This document shows positions 13,401 to 28,600 of a DNA stretch of 64,000 bases, in pieces. The notes beneath the pieces were generated by a model that had not been told where the DNA came from, made no database searches, and saw only the letters and a program-made list of their open reading frames with translations. The stretch is taken from contig JAQFVV010000007.1 in the NCBI GenBank assembly GCA_028023455.1, forward strand, positions 2,294,001 to 2,358,000, read 5' to 3'. Positions within the stretch are counted from its first letter, which is position 1; every line of letters starts with the position of its first letter. The position numbers were made by a program, and so were the translations under genes. The DNA is from Epiperipatus broadwayi (taxonomy: Eukaryota; Animalia; Onychophora).

Positions 13401-16400
13401 ACTTTATTTATTAATATTTTTAATAATCTTATAAAAATCCACTCTTAATCACATAACAAATATACCCTGGTCAGACAACTTTATTAATAAATAACACAAA
13501 AACTTACATTTACTACACTCACCATGTTTCCTAATATTATAGAATCAAACTACAAATAAATGAAAAATGAGATCCATTTTCTACTTACTCATCTAAGATT
13601 ATAAATAGAATCTAACGAAAGACACTATAGCAATAGGGGCAAACACTTAAATAAATCAAGAATATTATATAACAAAGTTAACAAACTTTCTATTTACAAT
13701 TTATAAAGTAATTTTTTAATTATATATTTAATAATCTTACAAAGTTCCAAATTCAAAACAGATAACGCACTTATCAACATAAAACAGTCTTTTTAATAAA
13801 TAACCCACTGCATCTGTTTATCTTCAGCATGTGATCTGGATTTAAATTCTGGTAAAAATTGGAATTTTTTTAGGTTTCAAATGAGTTTAGTATCCCCACC
13901 CCCACCTAATAAATCTATTCATAGTCAATTTAGTTAGTCATCCAATCACTGAAATATAAAAGTCTAATGAACCATTCTTACTTAGAGTTATAAGGAAAGA
14001 GAGTAAGAAGTGCTTAATAATCTACATTCGTTTAGACTGTAAGCATTGCCTCCACTTTTACTATTTCTCTAATAAAGAGATACTGGAGAGACATTTGCCA
14101 TACAGTGGGTTATTTGTAAATTATTTTAGCTTTTATACATGTATTATATTTAAAATTTACTACAAAACCATATTCTAGTTCACATTTAGTCAGCGTAGAT
14201 GATCATTGACTTTTGTTTTACTTCTGCAATAAGCTAATTTAGAAAAAAATTGTATATATATATATTGAAACTTTGTAGTAAAAATTATTATAAACATTAT
14301 CAATGGTGACAAAGAATCAGTTATTAGATGTCCAATTAAAAAAACAGCTGATAAAAAGTTAATAAAGATATATAAACTGTATAATATATATATATGATAA
14401 AATTATTTGGGGAACAGTTTTCTGAATGTAGAAAATCATTTAGTCATTCAATAGCAAAACATATTCATATAGTCAAAAGTTTTTCTCTGTTTTCCCAACA
14501 TCTAAGCAAAACTGCATAGTTCATATTTTCCATTCCCCAGAAGTAGTCGATATTTTTTTTTAACTTATCAAATATCTGGCAGCAAATTATTTAATATTCT
14601 TTAACAAATTTTCACATATGATGAACACATAATTATTTATTAATAACTATATTCTAGCATGTTAAATGCACTAACTGTTGGGTGATTACAAAAATTAGGC
14701 ACTATGGTATTAGGTTCAGCTAGAAGTAAAATGAATGACTGGTTTAAAACCCTGATGCTATAAACCATTCATTACTGCTCTATGACATTTGTTCACTTTA
14801 TAACTTTAAGTTATGAACTCACAGAACATTACTGAGTGTATTCTATCATTTATTTTATTTATTAAGCAAATTATAAAAGCTTACCTATACTATTATTATG
14901 AAATTTAATAAATAAACATGACATCACATGATTTTAGCTTATACATTTATATTCACTAATATTTTCTTCTATTCTCATTTATTTTTATGTCATCTAGTGT
15001 AAGCAAGAGTAATTAATAGATGAAAGATGGTATGCTTAATAAATCCTTATCCAACACTGTCCTGTCCAAATATCCCCAAACTAGTTTCTATCTTATGGGT
15101 TTTATCTGTGAGGAGTTTTTATATTTTTTAAGCACTTGGAATTTTTTTGGATCTAATATACTTTTTTCTTGCAATTATTTTTTAATTTTTTGTTATGCTA
15201 AAAAGCTTTCAACAACTAATTGAAAAAGGTAAAATCATCATATTGTATAGAAAATGAGCTGTTTTTAGATCTGATATATCAGGCAAATTAGGTTGGATTA
15301 AATTAGTAAATATTTTAATTTGTTATGATATCTTGAGAGTATAACAAAATGGGCTACTAGAGGAAAAGATCTAAGTGCATGGTTCAAAAATTATAAAAAT
15401 TCCTTACTAATAAAAACCATAAGCTAGAGCACATGGTCTGGGATATTTGCATAGGACATCACTAGATAAAGATTTATTAAGTAGTGCCATCTGACTTCTA
15501 TTGATTACTAGAGTTTACACCAGATGGCATTAAAGTAGTGAGAATAAAACATTTACTAATAAGTGTGTATTTGTTGAAATAAGCAGACATCATCAAACAT
15601 GGTGAAAAACTAATATACCTTTTATCAATCCGTGGCATTGGATCTTAATTTCAGAGATAAGCCTTTTACTAATTTTAATATATCACTGCTATTTTTCCTA
15701 ATAGATAACATTTAGTTTAAGTGATTCTCTTTATATACTACAGTTGATAAAACATTTCCATTTCATTACAAATATATTCATATAATTAACAAATATTACA
15801 TGTATATATTTATATCAAATTAATTATGGCAAGAATTTATCTATGCAAATATTTGAACAACCATTTTATTTAATTATAAGCTATTTTAAAAATTCAATTT
15901 ATAATTATGACTTTCAAGTTTAGGCATATGTGAAGGTGCATAACAGCTTCTGCTGATAATGTCTAGATGTTGTAGGTATACTAATATTATGTTTGTCAAT
16001 ATTATTCATGCTTACATATATGTATATGTTTAGAATAATTCCAAAATATCCTCTAAAAGATCAATTATTATTTTCAATAAGATGATCAACTATTGCAAAT
16101 TAAACTGCCAGAAATTCTCTCAAGGTAACATCAATTAGATTCTTTAAAGAATAAATATTTGCATCTTAATAAATATGATCAAATAATCAATTGTTTAGAA
16201 GTCCATGGCATTAAACAACAAAGTGGTATGCTGAGATCAAAGTTTCAATCAATTGATAATAAAATCATTTTAGGTAAAATAGTAATCTTTAGCTTTTGAT
16301 TAACTCTTTCTAGAAAAAAATCACAGTTTGCTCAAATGATGAAAACAATTGTGTTTAGCTTCTCCATGAACAAATATCTCAGACCTTTTCAAACAGCTGA

Positions 16401-18399
16401 TCATATTCTTATAAAGATATATAAAACAAACAGAAGCCATGTAAGTATCTATTAGGTGATACTATTAGTCTTTTATCTTTGATTATGTAAACTTTTTTGG
16501 ATTTTCTTTAAGAACCTGGGGAAAAAAGCATTTTCTATTTGACCCAAAGATGAATTCAAAATGTATGTTAAACTGTTGTTGAAAAAAAACAACATAGCTT
16601 CAGTGAATATTTTGAATAATGGCAACTTCAAACTTTACTAACTATAATTTTAAAATTATTTATAATTTCATGATAAAAACATTTAAAACAATGATCTTAT
16701 TATCTTAGAAAATACTAAACAGTAGTGTAATAGCTAGGATTCCACCACTTTCAAAAATCAGAAACTATGGTATATGCAAATAAATGATAGTCAATGATTT
16801 AGATAAAATAACCATATAAAAAGCAGCAAAAAGACAATATATTAAGGAGAAGCCATATTTTTGATTATATGAAAATTCCAAAATGTCTAAATATTAAGAA
16901 GTGAGATAGTAAGAATGAATTAATAAAAGAAATTCTAGATTATCTTACTAATTATTTGCCAAATTTTTGAAAATAAACAAAAAACTACGATAGAAAAATT
17001 AAAATATTAAAAAGGCTATATAAAATAAATTTGAAATAATTTTTTCTACTTCTTAATGAAATTTAATCAGCTAGTTAATGAATTTAATCTTAAAAGTCTG
17101 TGACATTGAAATTACTATATGCAATTCGAGATGAAGAGTCTATTATCTGACATTAAATTTATTACAGCAATTAGTCAGAACAATATAAAAAAAAAGTTTT
17201 AAGTAGCTTCTCAGAGGGCAAAGTTTTCTCTGACAGCAATCTTTTAGAGGATTAGTAAAGACAAAATGTTACACCCTAGGTTTTCTGAAATGAGAACGGT
17301 GAAAGTTTGAACATTGTTCCGCTCTTATTTTACTCTCTAATGGATTATCTGGATATCTACCACACACTGGATAATTTATCTAAGAATATTTAGATATCTA
17401 ATTTAGATTGACTATGTATAAACTATTTGAAAAAAATTTACATCTATTTGGAATCTAAAACATTTTCTAAGTTTTACCAATTTTAAATTTGAATCCCAGA
17501 TTAACAGCAAGTTAAAATGCTAATTGCTATAGCATGATACTCTTTATGTATATTAGATATATTATTAAAACTTCCGCCATTCTTACTCTGTTAATCCTAG
17601 TGAGAAATCTTTTTTTTTTTCACTACTTTAAAAGATTGCTGTTAGCTCAAACTTTGCCCTCTAATGGGCTACTTAAATCGTTTTTTATATTAATACAGAC
17701 ATTTGAAAAAGACAAATAACACTCAAAATGTATATTTTATGCATTACTATATCTTTTCATTTGGTCCAGTTACAGTCATATACTTTCATTGTTTTTTCAG
17801 TGTTTATCATCATCAAATTATTATACTTTGATTTACAAGAGTCAATCTTTCTAATTTAATAAATGATTAGTAATAATCATTAATGTATCTGAAATGACTA
17901 GTGTTAAAACTTTGTATGCAGAAAGTTTGATACTTGTGAATAAATGTGTAATGTATGTAATAACTGCAACTAGAGTACATAAAGGTAAACAACATGCTGA
18001 TTTTAACGAACCTTATAGCATATATAAATTTATATATTTAACAGAATGCGCTAAAATCGTATATAGTTTGTGCGTGTATATATATACAAACAAGTTCATT
18101 TCATGAAAAATATTCTCAGATATAAAATGATTATAAGCAAATATTCTTACTAATTGTAAATCTATGGATGTGAAGTTTAGACTTCAAAATGATTTATAAA
18201 TTACAAGAAACTTAGAAAAGTATGAAATAGGTTTGAAAATATGTGGAACCGGATTTTTTGGTTTGGATTCATTGTAGATAATACTAAATTCATCTTTAAC
18301 TTTTTTGTATATTAATTAAAGAGTTGAAGATAGTCTAACCACGTGATAAAAAACCCAAAAGCTAAATTGACTTTAAAAAAGTACTAAGCAAATGATTTT

Positions 18400-18720
18400 A
18401 GCAATTCTTTAACCGCCTCTTACGAGGCATCTCGTCGACATCTGACGTCACTCTAATTCTGCTAGTTTTAATGGTAGAATATTCATTTGACAGTTATTGA
18501 TTAGGTTTTTAAAAGTTCTGTAAGATGGTGCCCTCTTCCGAATTATTTTACAAGTAAAAAATAAAAAAAAACCGCATTTAAAACTAAACAAAGAAGAACC
18601 TTGTCGGTGATTGGTGGTCAGCCGGCTCTCAGCCGAAAAAGACATTCTGATTGGCTGGAAAGAACAAAGAAACCGCCTGATCAAAGAAAATAAAGAAAAA
18701 CGCTGAGATTTTCATTTCGA
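18400..18720. promoter_or_regulatory. CpG-rich putative promoter
   Basis: Local CpG excess in a CpG-poor background. Perfect CRE TGACGTCA at 18443-18450, two GATTGG (CCAAT) boxes at 18609 and 18649, plus YY1-like AAGATGG and ETS-like CTTCCG. No associated exon found. Confidence 0.4.
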
Positions 18721-19616
18721 ATGTAATTTAAGTATTAAAAAAATATAAAATGAGAAATTAAAATAGTTTTTTAAAAAATATACTAAAAAAACAAAATTAT
18801 TTTCGAAAAATATTGAAGATTTTAGTAAAAATATTTAAGATTTAGCAAAAAGAAATCTTTACTTTTCCATAACATAAAATTGAAAAAAAGCATTTGCGTC
18901 AGCACTTTTTTGTTTAGACATTCGCTTTATATTTGCTGAAATTGAATATATTTTATAATAAATAAATAGCAATTTATTTTTGAAAGAACTTTCGTTCTCT
19001 TTCATAACCTGAAAAATTAGTAATATACTTTTTATAAACGTATCTGAGTTGAATTTAATATTATAGGCGAATATGTTTTAACAATAGGCTTTGTCTTCAG
19101 TTTGTGAGTTGGCCAATTAAAAGATTTGATTTTTACCTCATACAACCAATAATATAATTAGCAGTTAAAGGGTTAGCAAGTATCTAATCTTGAGAATAAA
19201 AAAATTGATATTTAAAATATTTATTATAGATTTCAAAAACGATAATTCTCTATATTTGGCTTTAAACAGCTATAGTACTCGTATGGTCTTCATATGAAAG
19301 TAAGTCAAAATAATTAGGCAATAAGGCTTTACAACCAAGCAGTAATAGTTGATAATAAAAATGCCAGTTTCCTTTGTTGCCACATCTTTAACACAACTTA
19401 TTATTTCATCCCAATATTGATAATTTCTTGTGCTGAGCAGCTTAGCATAATAGTAAAGTGCTAGACACAAGATCTAAAAAAAGCCTCATTGTTTTAAAAC
19501 TATTCTACAAATTTTATAAATCTCTTTATATTATTAGTAATATAAAGTATCTATATGTCTATATAAATATTTGAAATACAGGTACTCTTCATACTCCTGG
19601 AGTCTAATTGTAAATA

Positions 19617-20111
19617 TAGAGGATTTGAACTCAGACTTTCAAGCATCCTTAAACTATCCACACTATCTCATACCACTGATACACATTGCCACATACATTA
19701 GAAAAGATAAATAATCACTAATATATGTATTTTGTGCTGAACCAGCATTCATCAGTTGGTCCAGATTATCAGCTTCCACACATATATAATCAGTGCTCAG
19801 TTTTATATTAAGATAGCAAACCCTCATACTTTAATGGACAGGCTTCAATCTACTTTAACTTCCAACTCTTCAGCCATCCATACCATTTCAATTAAAGTAT
19901 GAGGGTTTGCTGTCTTAATATAAAACTGAGTACTGATTATATATATGTGTGACGGATGATAATCTGGACCAACTGATGAGTGTTGGTTCTGCACAAAATA
20001 CTTATATTGGTGATTATTTATCTTTTCTACATGTGTGTGGTCATGTGCATCAGTGGTATGAGATAGTGTGAATAGTTGAAGGGTGCATGAAAGTCTGAGT
20101 CATATCCCCTA
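19617..20111. mobile_element. Hammerhead-family element, ~495-bp palindromic copy
   Basis: Arms 19617-19835 and 19891-20111 are inverted copies with a 55-nt loop. Termini TAGAGGATTTGAAC / CATATCCCCTA in a TA-rich site. Each arm has a hammerhead core with G12 replaced by A. Confidence 0.9.
19968..20011 (+). ncRNA. Type I hammerhead ribozyme motif (degenerate, G12A)
   Basis: ACCAA CTGATGA GTGTTG GTT CTGCAC AAA ATACTTAT A TTGGT; an inverted copy lies at about 19716-19760 on the minus strand. Confidence 0.65.
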
Positions 20112-23100
20112 TATATATATATATTGAATCACCCACCTTCCTTTTTTTAATAGTAATAAAAATAGAAATATATTTTTACTCTTCCCTCATTAAAAAACTA
20201 TCCTATCTCTGAAGGTTTCTGGTCTCTCAGGTGGAGTGAGCAATATCATTGGCAGCAAGCTACCAATAATATAAACACTCGGCTACTAAATTAAAACACT
20301 GGCCAACCAAACACTTTATTTATTTTAAGGAGATCCCTTTAGGCACCAGTTAATCATGGAGTAATTAATGTGTTTGCTTGACCAGCAACAAATCTAGCAT
20401 CTGAAATCCCAGCTAGCTTATCAAATTGTAGCTGTCTTAAAAATTGCCCACTCTAAAATTCTATTTCTTAATAATAAAAAAAATTACCGCACGATAAAAC
20501 TTTGGTATCATTCAAAATCTTTATTTCAAAAGATACTCCCTACTCTTTTAGTTTCAACTTAAATCACTTTTCAATAACAATTAAATATTTCAATCCCTGC
20601 TCTATTTCCATAAATTAAACAGATTATCTCATAATAAATGTGTACGTTCATTCTATTAACATAAATATTTCAATAACAATTTAAATCTCACTCCTTTTTC
20701 TTAAATGAGCATTTTATACCATATTAAAGCATATGACTAATCTAGTAATAAATATTTCAATACTAATTTAACCCCCACTCCCTTTTCTTAAAATAATCAC
20801 TTTGTCTCATAATACAATCATGCACACTCTTTTCATTTAAATAAATATTTTAATATATTTGAAATAGAATAAAAAATACAAAACATATTTAATTAAAATT
20901 CACACAATTAATAACTCTGAAATTAAAGTTGGACAATGGAGCCAATATAATTTATATCCTGAAGATACTAGTTGTAAAAAGTTAAAAGTTTTTATTTACT
21001 TATCTACCATGGCTTAAAGATCAAGAATTGGAGAATAAGAAAAATGAAATGTTACCCAAGATTTGAATTTGATTTGATGTGAGTATGACAAAATGTAGCT
21101 TCTGTAGAATGTTGGTTCCAACCGGTTATTGCTAACTCCTCATAGATCTTTCCTTAATTTGTGATGTTATATGACACTCATGGATCTTGGCATGGACACT
21201 CCGCTGTTCCTTAGACTTCACCCGAACATGGTTTGTCCTTCAAACTATCTGCTGATGGTGCTGCAGAGAAGGCTCCGGCCAGTTGCATGATACAATGGGT
21301 TCAGCAATGCATCATTTTCTTCGAATAGTAGCTTCTGCAATTTTCTGGAATCAATCAGTTTATTTCCAATTAAATTTCTCTCTACTTTCATTAATAATTT
21401 ATTTGATCCTATTTATTTTCCGATCAACTTTATTTTATTATTATCTTTTGATTCTTTGATTCTAAATTTTTTTGATTAATTTTTTTTTTTTTGATTAATT
21501 AATCTAACATTACAAAGTTTGCTTCTTTTATACCCAGCGCTTCTTATCTCGCGGATCCATTGTACATTTGATTTCACTTCAATTGGACTTCTGTTTCTTT
21601 TATTAAAAGTCTTTGATCCTTTACATTGGTCATTGGTTTAAGTGAATATTAATTTTTAGTTTCTTTGTTAATTTCTTCTCCATTTAATTAATTTCTTTTT
21701 GTTTTATTACATTAGCTCTCCATGGTCCTTTAAAATTTCTTTCCTTTATTCAAAATCTATTTATAAATGCACATATTCAATCCTTTTATTATAAGACAAA
21801 ATGAACTCCCTCTCTTTTTTACTTTTTTTTTTATTAAAAAAGTAATGTTAAATCATTTTTTATTTTAATTCCTTTTTTTTCTTTTATTTCTAAAATGTTA
21901 CCCTCCTTTTACAATCGTTTATTTCCTTTCTTTAACAATAAACCCCCTATCCTAAATCTTTTGTTCTAAACATTTAAAACTTTTATTTTACTTTAATTTT
22001 TAAAACGAAATTTCTTAAATATTTTTACTTTTAAAAAATACTAAAACATTCGGTCATGATACACCTCGGTACAATATATATATATACAATAGAAATGAAG
22101 AGTTAATATTCATATAAACAGAGATTAAATTTTAATATTTGATGTTTCCAAGAAATTATCAATTAATACTAACTGACAATCCCTGAGGCTAAACAAATTT
22201 TCTCAAATTTTTTAGCTCTTTTTTTGTTGAATATATATATATGCACATATATATTCACACATAAGTACAAAAAAAAGTTTGTTATTAATTGAAAAAACAT
22301 TGTTCCAGGTCAAATCATAACATACGTTCTTGTCTTCTAGTCTTGTAGTTGCAATTATTATGTAATATAGTAAGGAAACATGAATATACTGCTGATTAAA
22401 ATGCATCATCCAGTGTAGTGGCATTACTGCTTTCTACTTCAAAATTTAAAACTAAGTACCAGGGTCTTTTTTAAAGCTTGATAGCTCTTAACTGAGATAT
22501 TAAATGATCATTTTTAAAGGCAAGATAATTGTGATGTGAATTTCAATTCCTTTTATGTTTACAATCATGGTAAACAAAAATAAATTATGACTTTCTTACC
22601 CCAAAGGCTGTAAAGTTATCAACTGAGACAGCAATTTAGGGATTAAAAACAAGAGGTGCTAAAAGCTTCTGGGATATAAATCTAATCTACCATATAATGA
22701 TTGTTTTTCATTTAATTACCCACAACTTTAATTTCAGTCAAAGAAGAAAGAGTCTATAAATTGGAAAAATAATATTAAATAAGACATTTTGGACTTTTGT
22801 AAAATTAAAAAAAATGTAGAGAGATAATTGACCTAAAAAGTGGATATAAATAACACAGAGAATAGCATTCATTCTGATTCCTATTACTATATAAATATGA
22901 AAGTTTGCTTGTTATTTAATAATTCAAGAAATATCACACTAATCTTAATGAATCTTTCACAATTTTCTTTCTTTCCTTTGGAGTGTTATATAGGCTATGG
23001 ATTTTTGCTTTGTTGTAAAAATCATGCTAATTTGCAATATAAAAATGCATCCATATCATAACCATTTTTAAATGACTTCATAATAGTGTAAAAAAAAGAT

Positions 23101-23348
23101 AGCACTAATTAATGTACATTGGACTTTTTTTAAATATGGGTACAAAAAATATTGTGCTTTTTGTATTCAAATACAAACTACAGAAATAGAGACGTCACTT
23201 CCAGAAAGCCACCATTGTAGTAATCTAAGCAGATCGTTCAACATTAAAATACTAAATTATTATAGTTTTTTGAATTTTTTTTACCTACGGAGAGGTGGAA
23301 ATGATCAGGTAAACATTTAACTTTTATATTTATTAACTAAAATATAGA

Positions 23349-25596
23349 ATGGACAGGGAACTAAATTTTCTTGATCAGAAAATACAGAAGCCAAACAAAA
23401 TCATGAGATTACTTAGCGACCATAATATTAGAAAAGTATTTGAAAAGCTTAACATGAGCCCTCAAAAAGAAACAATAGAAAATACTTCCAGTAAAACAAT
23501 CAAGTCAACTTTTTCCATAATGAAATCTTTTTTTTTTTCTCAAAGTAACCTTTATTAATAAAAGACTACAAAAATTTTGGGTACACTTACCCATTGAGGA
23601 TTATACAGTGATTCAATATAACAAGGTAAAATGTACATATGTTCAAAAATAATTACATCCATAAAAATTGCTGTAATGTGATTAATGTCCATCTGTATGT
23701 GGATCCACATGGCCCGGCCATCGAGAAGTTAACCTTTTCAAGACAAATGATCGACAAATAATTAATATTACAAGCTCCCTTTGTAGATATAAATAAAAAT
23801 GCAAAGCCTCACTCTCTTTCTGACAAATTCACATTGTCACAACAAAGTAGTCAAAAAAATGTAGACTCATTTTCCAATGTGATAAGCCCTGATCAAAGTT
23901 ACAGTCAAGCACTAAATGGACAAAAACCTTATCTTCTAGAATTTCCCAGTCTTAAACCCAACTCCGACATAGAAAGATTTCAGTACTGTAATAACACAAT
24001 GTTAAACCATAATATAAGTTTTAACAGTCAATTGCAAAATACATTAAGTCCAACAATTCAAACAAGCAATCAATCATATGCGATAGCACTTAGCAAAAAC
24101 AAAACTAAAACCACAAGTTTAATAACAGATGAATCTACCACACAATCAAATATCCTTGATTTTGTGGAAGAATATTACTCATCCAACAATAATGAACATA
24201 GATCTCAAGCATTTCCTCAAAACTCACAAACAAGCATGAATAATTATCATGGGATAAGCCAGGAATTTAATTCCAGAATACCTCCACTTTTATTCAACTC
24301 TTTCTTACATTACCATAGTGGTCTTACTTTAATCTTAACCACTTCTAATGATTACTGCAACTTGTTCACATTCCCCATAGATGACTTTTTTGAGCTAATC
24401 AAAAGTCAACAATTAAGTGATTCAGTAAAAAGAATATATCACCATCCGAACAAAAGATACTTAGTAATAGAGTTTTACAATATATTACAAAAAGAACAAT
24501 TTAAAAGAAACCAACTTTACCTCAAAAATAGATATCTCATAAAAATAGACATGAACAATCCCAGAATTATTCATGGATTAGCACGAAATTGCTATTTAAA
24601 TTTTAATCAAAATGACCTTCAATGACTTCTAGTTAAATTTGGAAATATTACAAATTTCAAATTCATAACAGAAAAGAGAGCAGGCATTGACCTGCCCTCA
24701 AACAGTGCAGCCTTCTTGCTTAAATTAAACCCAGATTATTCTCCACTAGACATTCCTGTTACACTAGATGAGGCAAAATGTCCAATTTTTATCTCAATTC
24801 GAGGTGTGCAGCCTCAGTGTTTCAGCTGTGAGGAATGTACTCACCTTCTAAAGGCATGTCCAAAAAGAATATGTGCACACTGCAATTTAAATATATCTAG
24901 AAATCATAAATGTCCACAAAAAGCTTTAAACCCTCAATTCACATCAATTTAACAGACAACTAATACAAGCAATAATGAACAAGATCAAGTCAATGAAGAC
25001 ACTACTGAAATCTCACAAACATTAACAGATGCCATAACCCAAGAGAAAACAAAAGAAGGCTGTGGGAGCAGTATTACATTGCAACATACCCTCACAGCTT
25101 CCAAAAATCATTCAACAACTGGATCAAAACATGAAATAGTAGAAACACAGACACATCAAGAACAACAAACAATAATCAAGCAACAAATATCAAAACAATC
25201 ATCCATCTCTACAAACTAATCTGAAAGATCAAACAATACCAAACAACAAAAGAAAAACACAAGATTCATCTGAATCACAGCATGATGAAACAATCAATTC
25301 AACTGCAGAATCTGATCTTGATACCAACTACTTGCATAACTCTTCAAACAAAGCATTCAAAAGTAGAAGTAACCAAGAAAAGAAAAGAACAAAAAGAAAT
25401 GAGTCTCAGAACATCTCAACTAAGTACAACATCTCAAAAAGAAAATATGATCAACTCAAATACAAATTATCAAAACAAAGCACTAGACCAAAATCAAACA
25501 AAAACAACAGTACAAAATTGGGATATTCTGACTCAAACAGCACAAGTAATTGAGGGTCAACTAATCTTATTGGATGATGAGTTCTCAGAAGAATAA
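23349..25596 (+). pseudogene. LINE ORF1 (Tx1-like; RRM-like region + CCHC knuckle + low-complexity tail)
   Basis: ORFs 23834-24625 and 24716-24952 are in the same frame with one TGA between them. ISIRGVQPQ-CFSCEECTHLLKAC is C-x2-C-x4-H-x4-C, followed by a second CxxC..H.C. A start at ATG 23349 is inferred across frameshifts. Confidence 0.75.
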
Positions 25597-25627
25597 AGCA
25601 ATCTCCACACCTATATATAATCCAACA

Positions 25628-28600
25628 ATGCATTTAAAAATTGCAGGAATTAATGTGAGAGGGCTCATTTCACTGGATTGGGTACATGCAATCAAAAACT
25701 GGTTGAATAAATAAAATTTACACATTGTATGTTTTTCTGAGACCAAGTTACATTTTCAGTCCAATATTAAAATACAGCAATTAATGCAACAACATGGTTA
25801 TTTCCATTATCTACACTCGAATACTACTTCTTCTGGAGTGGCATTCCTAATCAATAAAAATCTGGAATATCGGCAACTAAGAACTCTTCACATTAGCAAA
25901 GAACGTTTATTTATTAATATTACTATTAATAATAACCCCATAAACATAATTTTACCTTTATCTCAAGAATGATACTAATCTAATTCATACAGTGATTAAT
26001 AAAATCAATGCCCTGCTTTCATCCAATAATTCACCTTCAATCTGATTCAGGGATTTTAATATGTCCTATTATCAGTTTACTAACAAATACCTCCACTTAT
26101 TCAACAAAGTTTTGCTATGTGGAGAAGAATTCTTTCCTTCTCAATCATTCTCATTTTACACACAACACAAGCAATCGCTAATTAATCTTCTTTTTTATTC
26201 CCCTGAACTTCATTATAACCTGCATGCCAAGCTGCAATTAGTGCCATTCTCAGACCACCTTGCTATAAAAATCTCACTACAACTAGACACCAACATGATA
26301 AGTCTTTCAGACCACACAAAAACTATAAGACTTTTGAACAAAGCCACAACACAGGAATGGATATTCTCAGAAGCATATATCCTTCTAAATAAAATACAAG
26401 TACTTACTTTGCCACCTGTGGAAGCATGGTCTGCTTTTGTAGGAATCTTGAGCACCCTCATTAACTTTCACACAAAAAGATCCAAGGGACCAAATCAACT
26501 TCTAAAAGAACTTGATTCAATTAGTAATAGGCTAAGTTCACTACCCCTCTCAAGTACCAAAATTCAAGAAATTCTGGAATTAAAAACTCAATATCATGAA
26601 AAACAAAAAGCTCTAGCTCAATACATTGCTACAATGAGGTCCAAAATCTTTTTGGTGAATAGTCATAACTGGACTAGAAGCTACATTCGATGGGCACTTG
26701 GATCAGCTGCTAGACCAACACCATCTATGATTATCATTAACAGAAAATGCTATAGTGGACCTGAAATGTTGGAGAGAATTCATTCACACTTCAAAATAAA
26801 GTTGTAAAACAATACTTTTCAAACAGGAAACATATGGAATTATACCACAGCCAAACACAACTCAACAATCTATGACCTATTTCCATAATACCATTGCTAA
26901 TTAAGACAATTAAATCCTTAATAAAGGACTGGATTCAACCCCAACTTTACTCACATATTTTATCTTTTCAATTTGCCTGAAAAGGATCATCCACCATTGA
27001 TGCAGTTCAGCACTTTCTTTTACTAACTGAACACATCAGACAAACCAATAAGTCAAATCCACTGGTCATACAACTGGACTTCTCCTCAGCATTTGACTCA
27101 GTAATACCATCCATACTGTTTCGGATGATGTGAGAGTATCAGATTCCCAATGTGTACATCAGAATAATAGCAAATCTTTTACTAAATTGCTCCATATTTA
27201 CTTCTTGAAGGTTGTCTACAGGTTTTAGACTCATATCTCGATTCCACAGGGTTCTCCCCTAGCATCACTATGTTTTATAACTTACATCAAACCCATGTTC
27301 AAGGACATCGAGAATATCTTGCCAGGCATTTATGTTCCCGCCATCAAAAAACAAATCAACCATATCTCCTACATGGATGATGTTACCATTTTTCTTCCCA
27401 GTGAAGCTCATCTTCCAACACCCTTCACAATTATTGACAAGCATGCCAAAATATTAAACTTCCAAATTAACAATAGTAAATCTTCCATCTGGAGAATTAA
27501 AACAGGGACAACAAATTCCACCCAGGTTCACAGCTAAGCCACAGCTTTTCTTAGGATTCCCCATGGCAAAAGAAAAAACTATCATGACTAGAGAAATTCA
27601 AAATTCAATCCTTCAAAAAACCAATAAAACAATCAATGCTCTCTCTAGTATTTCACTTTCAATTCCTGGTAAAATCACACTCCCCAACATGCTAGTGTTT
27701 ACAAGACTCAATTACTATCAACCAATCATCAAGCCTACTAAATTCTTCAGTAAACAAATAGGCTCATTATGTACTAAGCTATTGTGGAAAAGGAAGGTTG
27801 TGGTCATAAGTTTGGCAAAAGCCCAAATGCCTAGAAAACTGAACGGTCTTGGTCTACACTTGGTTGCTACATTATACTTGCAAAAATCAATAAATCTGCT
27901 ACTCAACTATTCATTGGAAATGGACTATACCAATTTAATCCAAGAATTTCAATCCACTAACATGCCACCTCCCCATAGTAAAGGATGGTTGACTGACATC
28001 TGGACACATGTCAATGGCTGTATAAACTTAACTCCAAGCAACTTCAATGAAAAAAAAGTCATACTGGGAAACGTATAGGCTAAAGAAAGATTGTTTCTCA
28101 GCTCTCCATAATACTCTTGGATTAAACAACAAATTATTGATCAAAAAAGCCAAGCACTGGTTTCTGGAACCCAAATTTATTGACTTTCTTCTGAAATTAA
28201 ACCTCTCATCACTACCCACTAATCAATTCCTCGTAATGAAAAGGGGTTTTAACAAAATTAGTTCTCAATGTCAACTCTGTCAGAGGGACGAGGAAACAAT
28301 TCACCACATTTTCCTAGATTGTCCATCTTTCAGCATTCTTAGGTCTTTCATTGATGAGAAGGTAAAATGCTGTTCTATAGATGCATTCTTAATCCAGCAA
28401 GCAATTAAAGCTGGCAATTTCACTAACATTAGATAAGCAATTTACCTATCCTTTGCCATCTGGCTAACGAGATGCAGTTTTGTTCTGGGCAATGCGAACA
28501 CCAGCATCCTTCAAGCATTTAAAACACTCATCAAGGGTAATATCACCAGAAATAAAATGCTTGCTCCAGATTGGCTGCATTAACAATCTGGGGCTCCATG

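Noticed and set aside
23600-23720. Possible PHD-like Cys/His pattern at the 5' end of Tx1 ORF1 (KCT...LHP...CD.C)
   Set aside because: Requires several stops and frameshifts to be corrected, and the spacing does not fit C4HC3.
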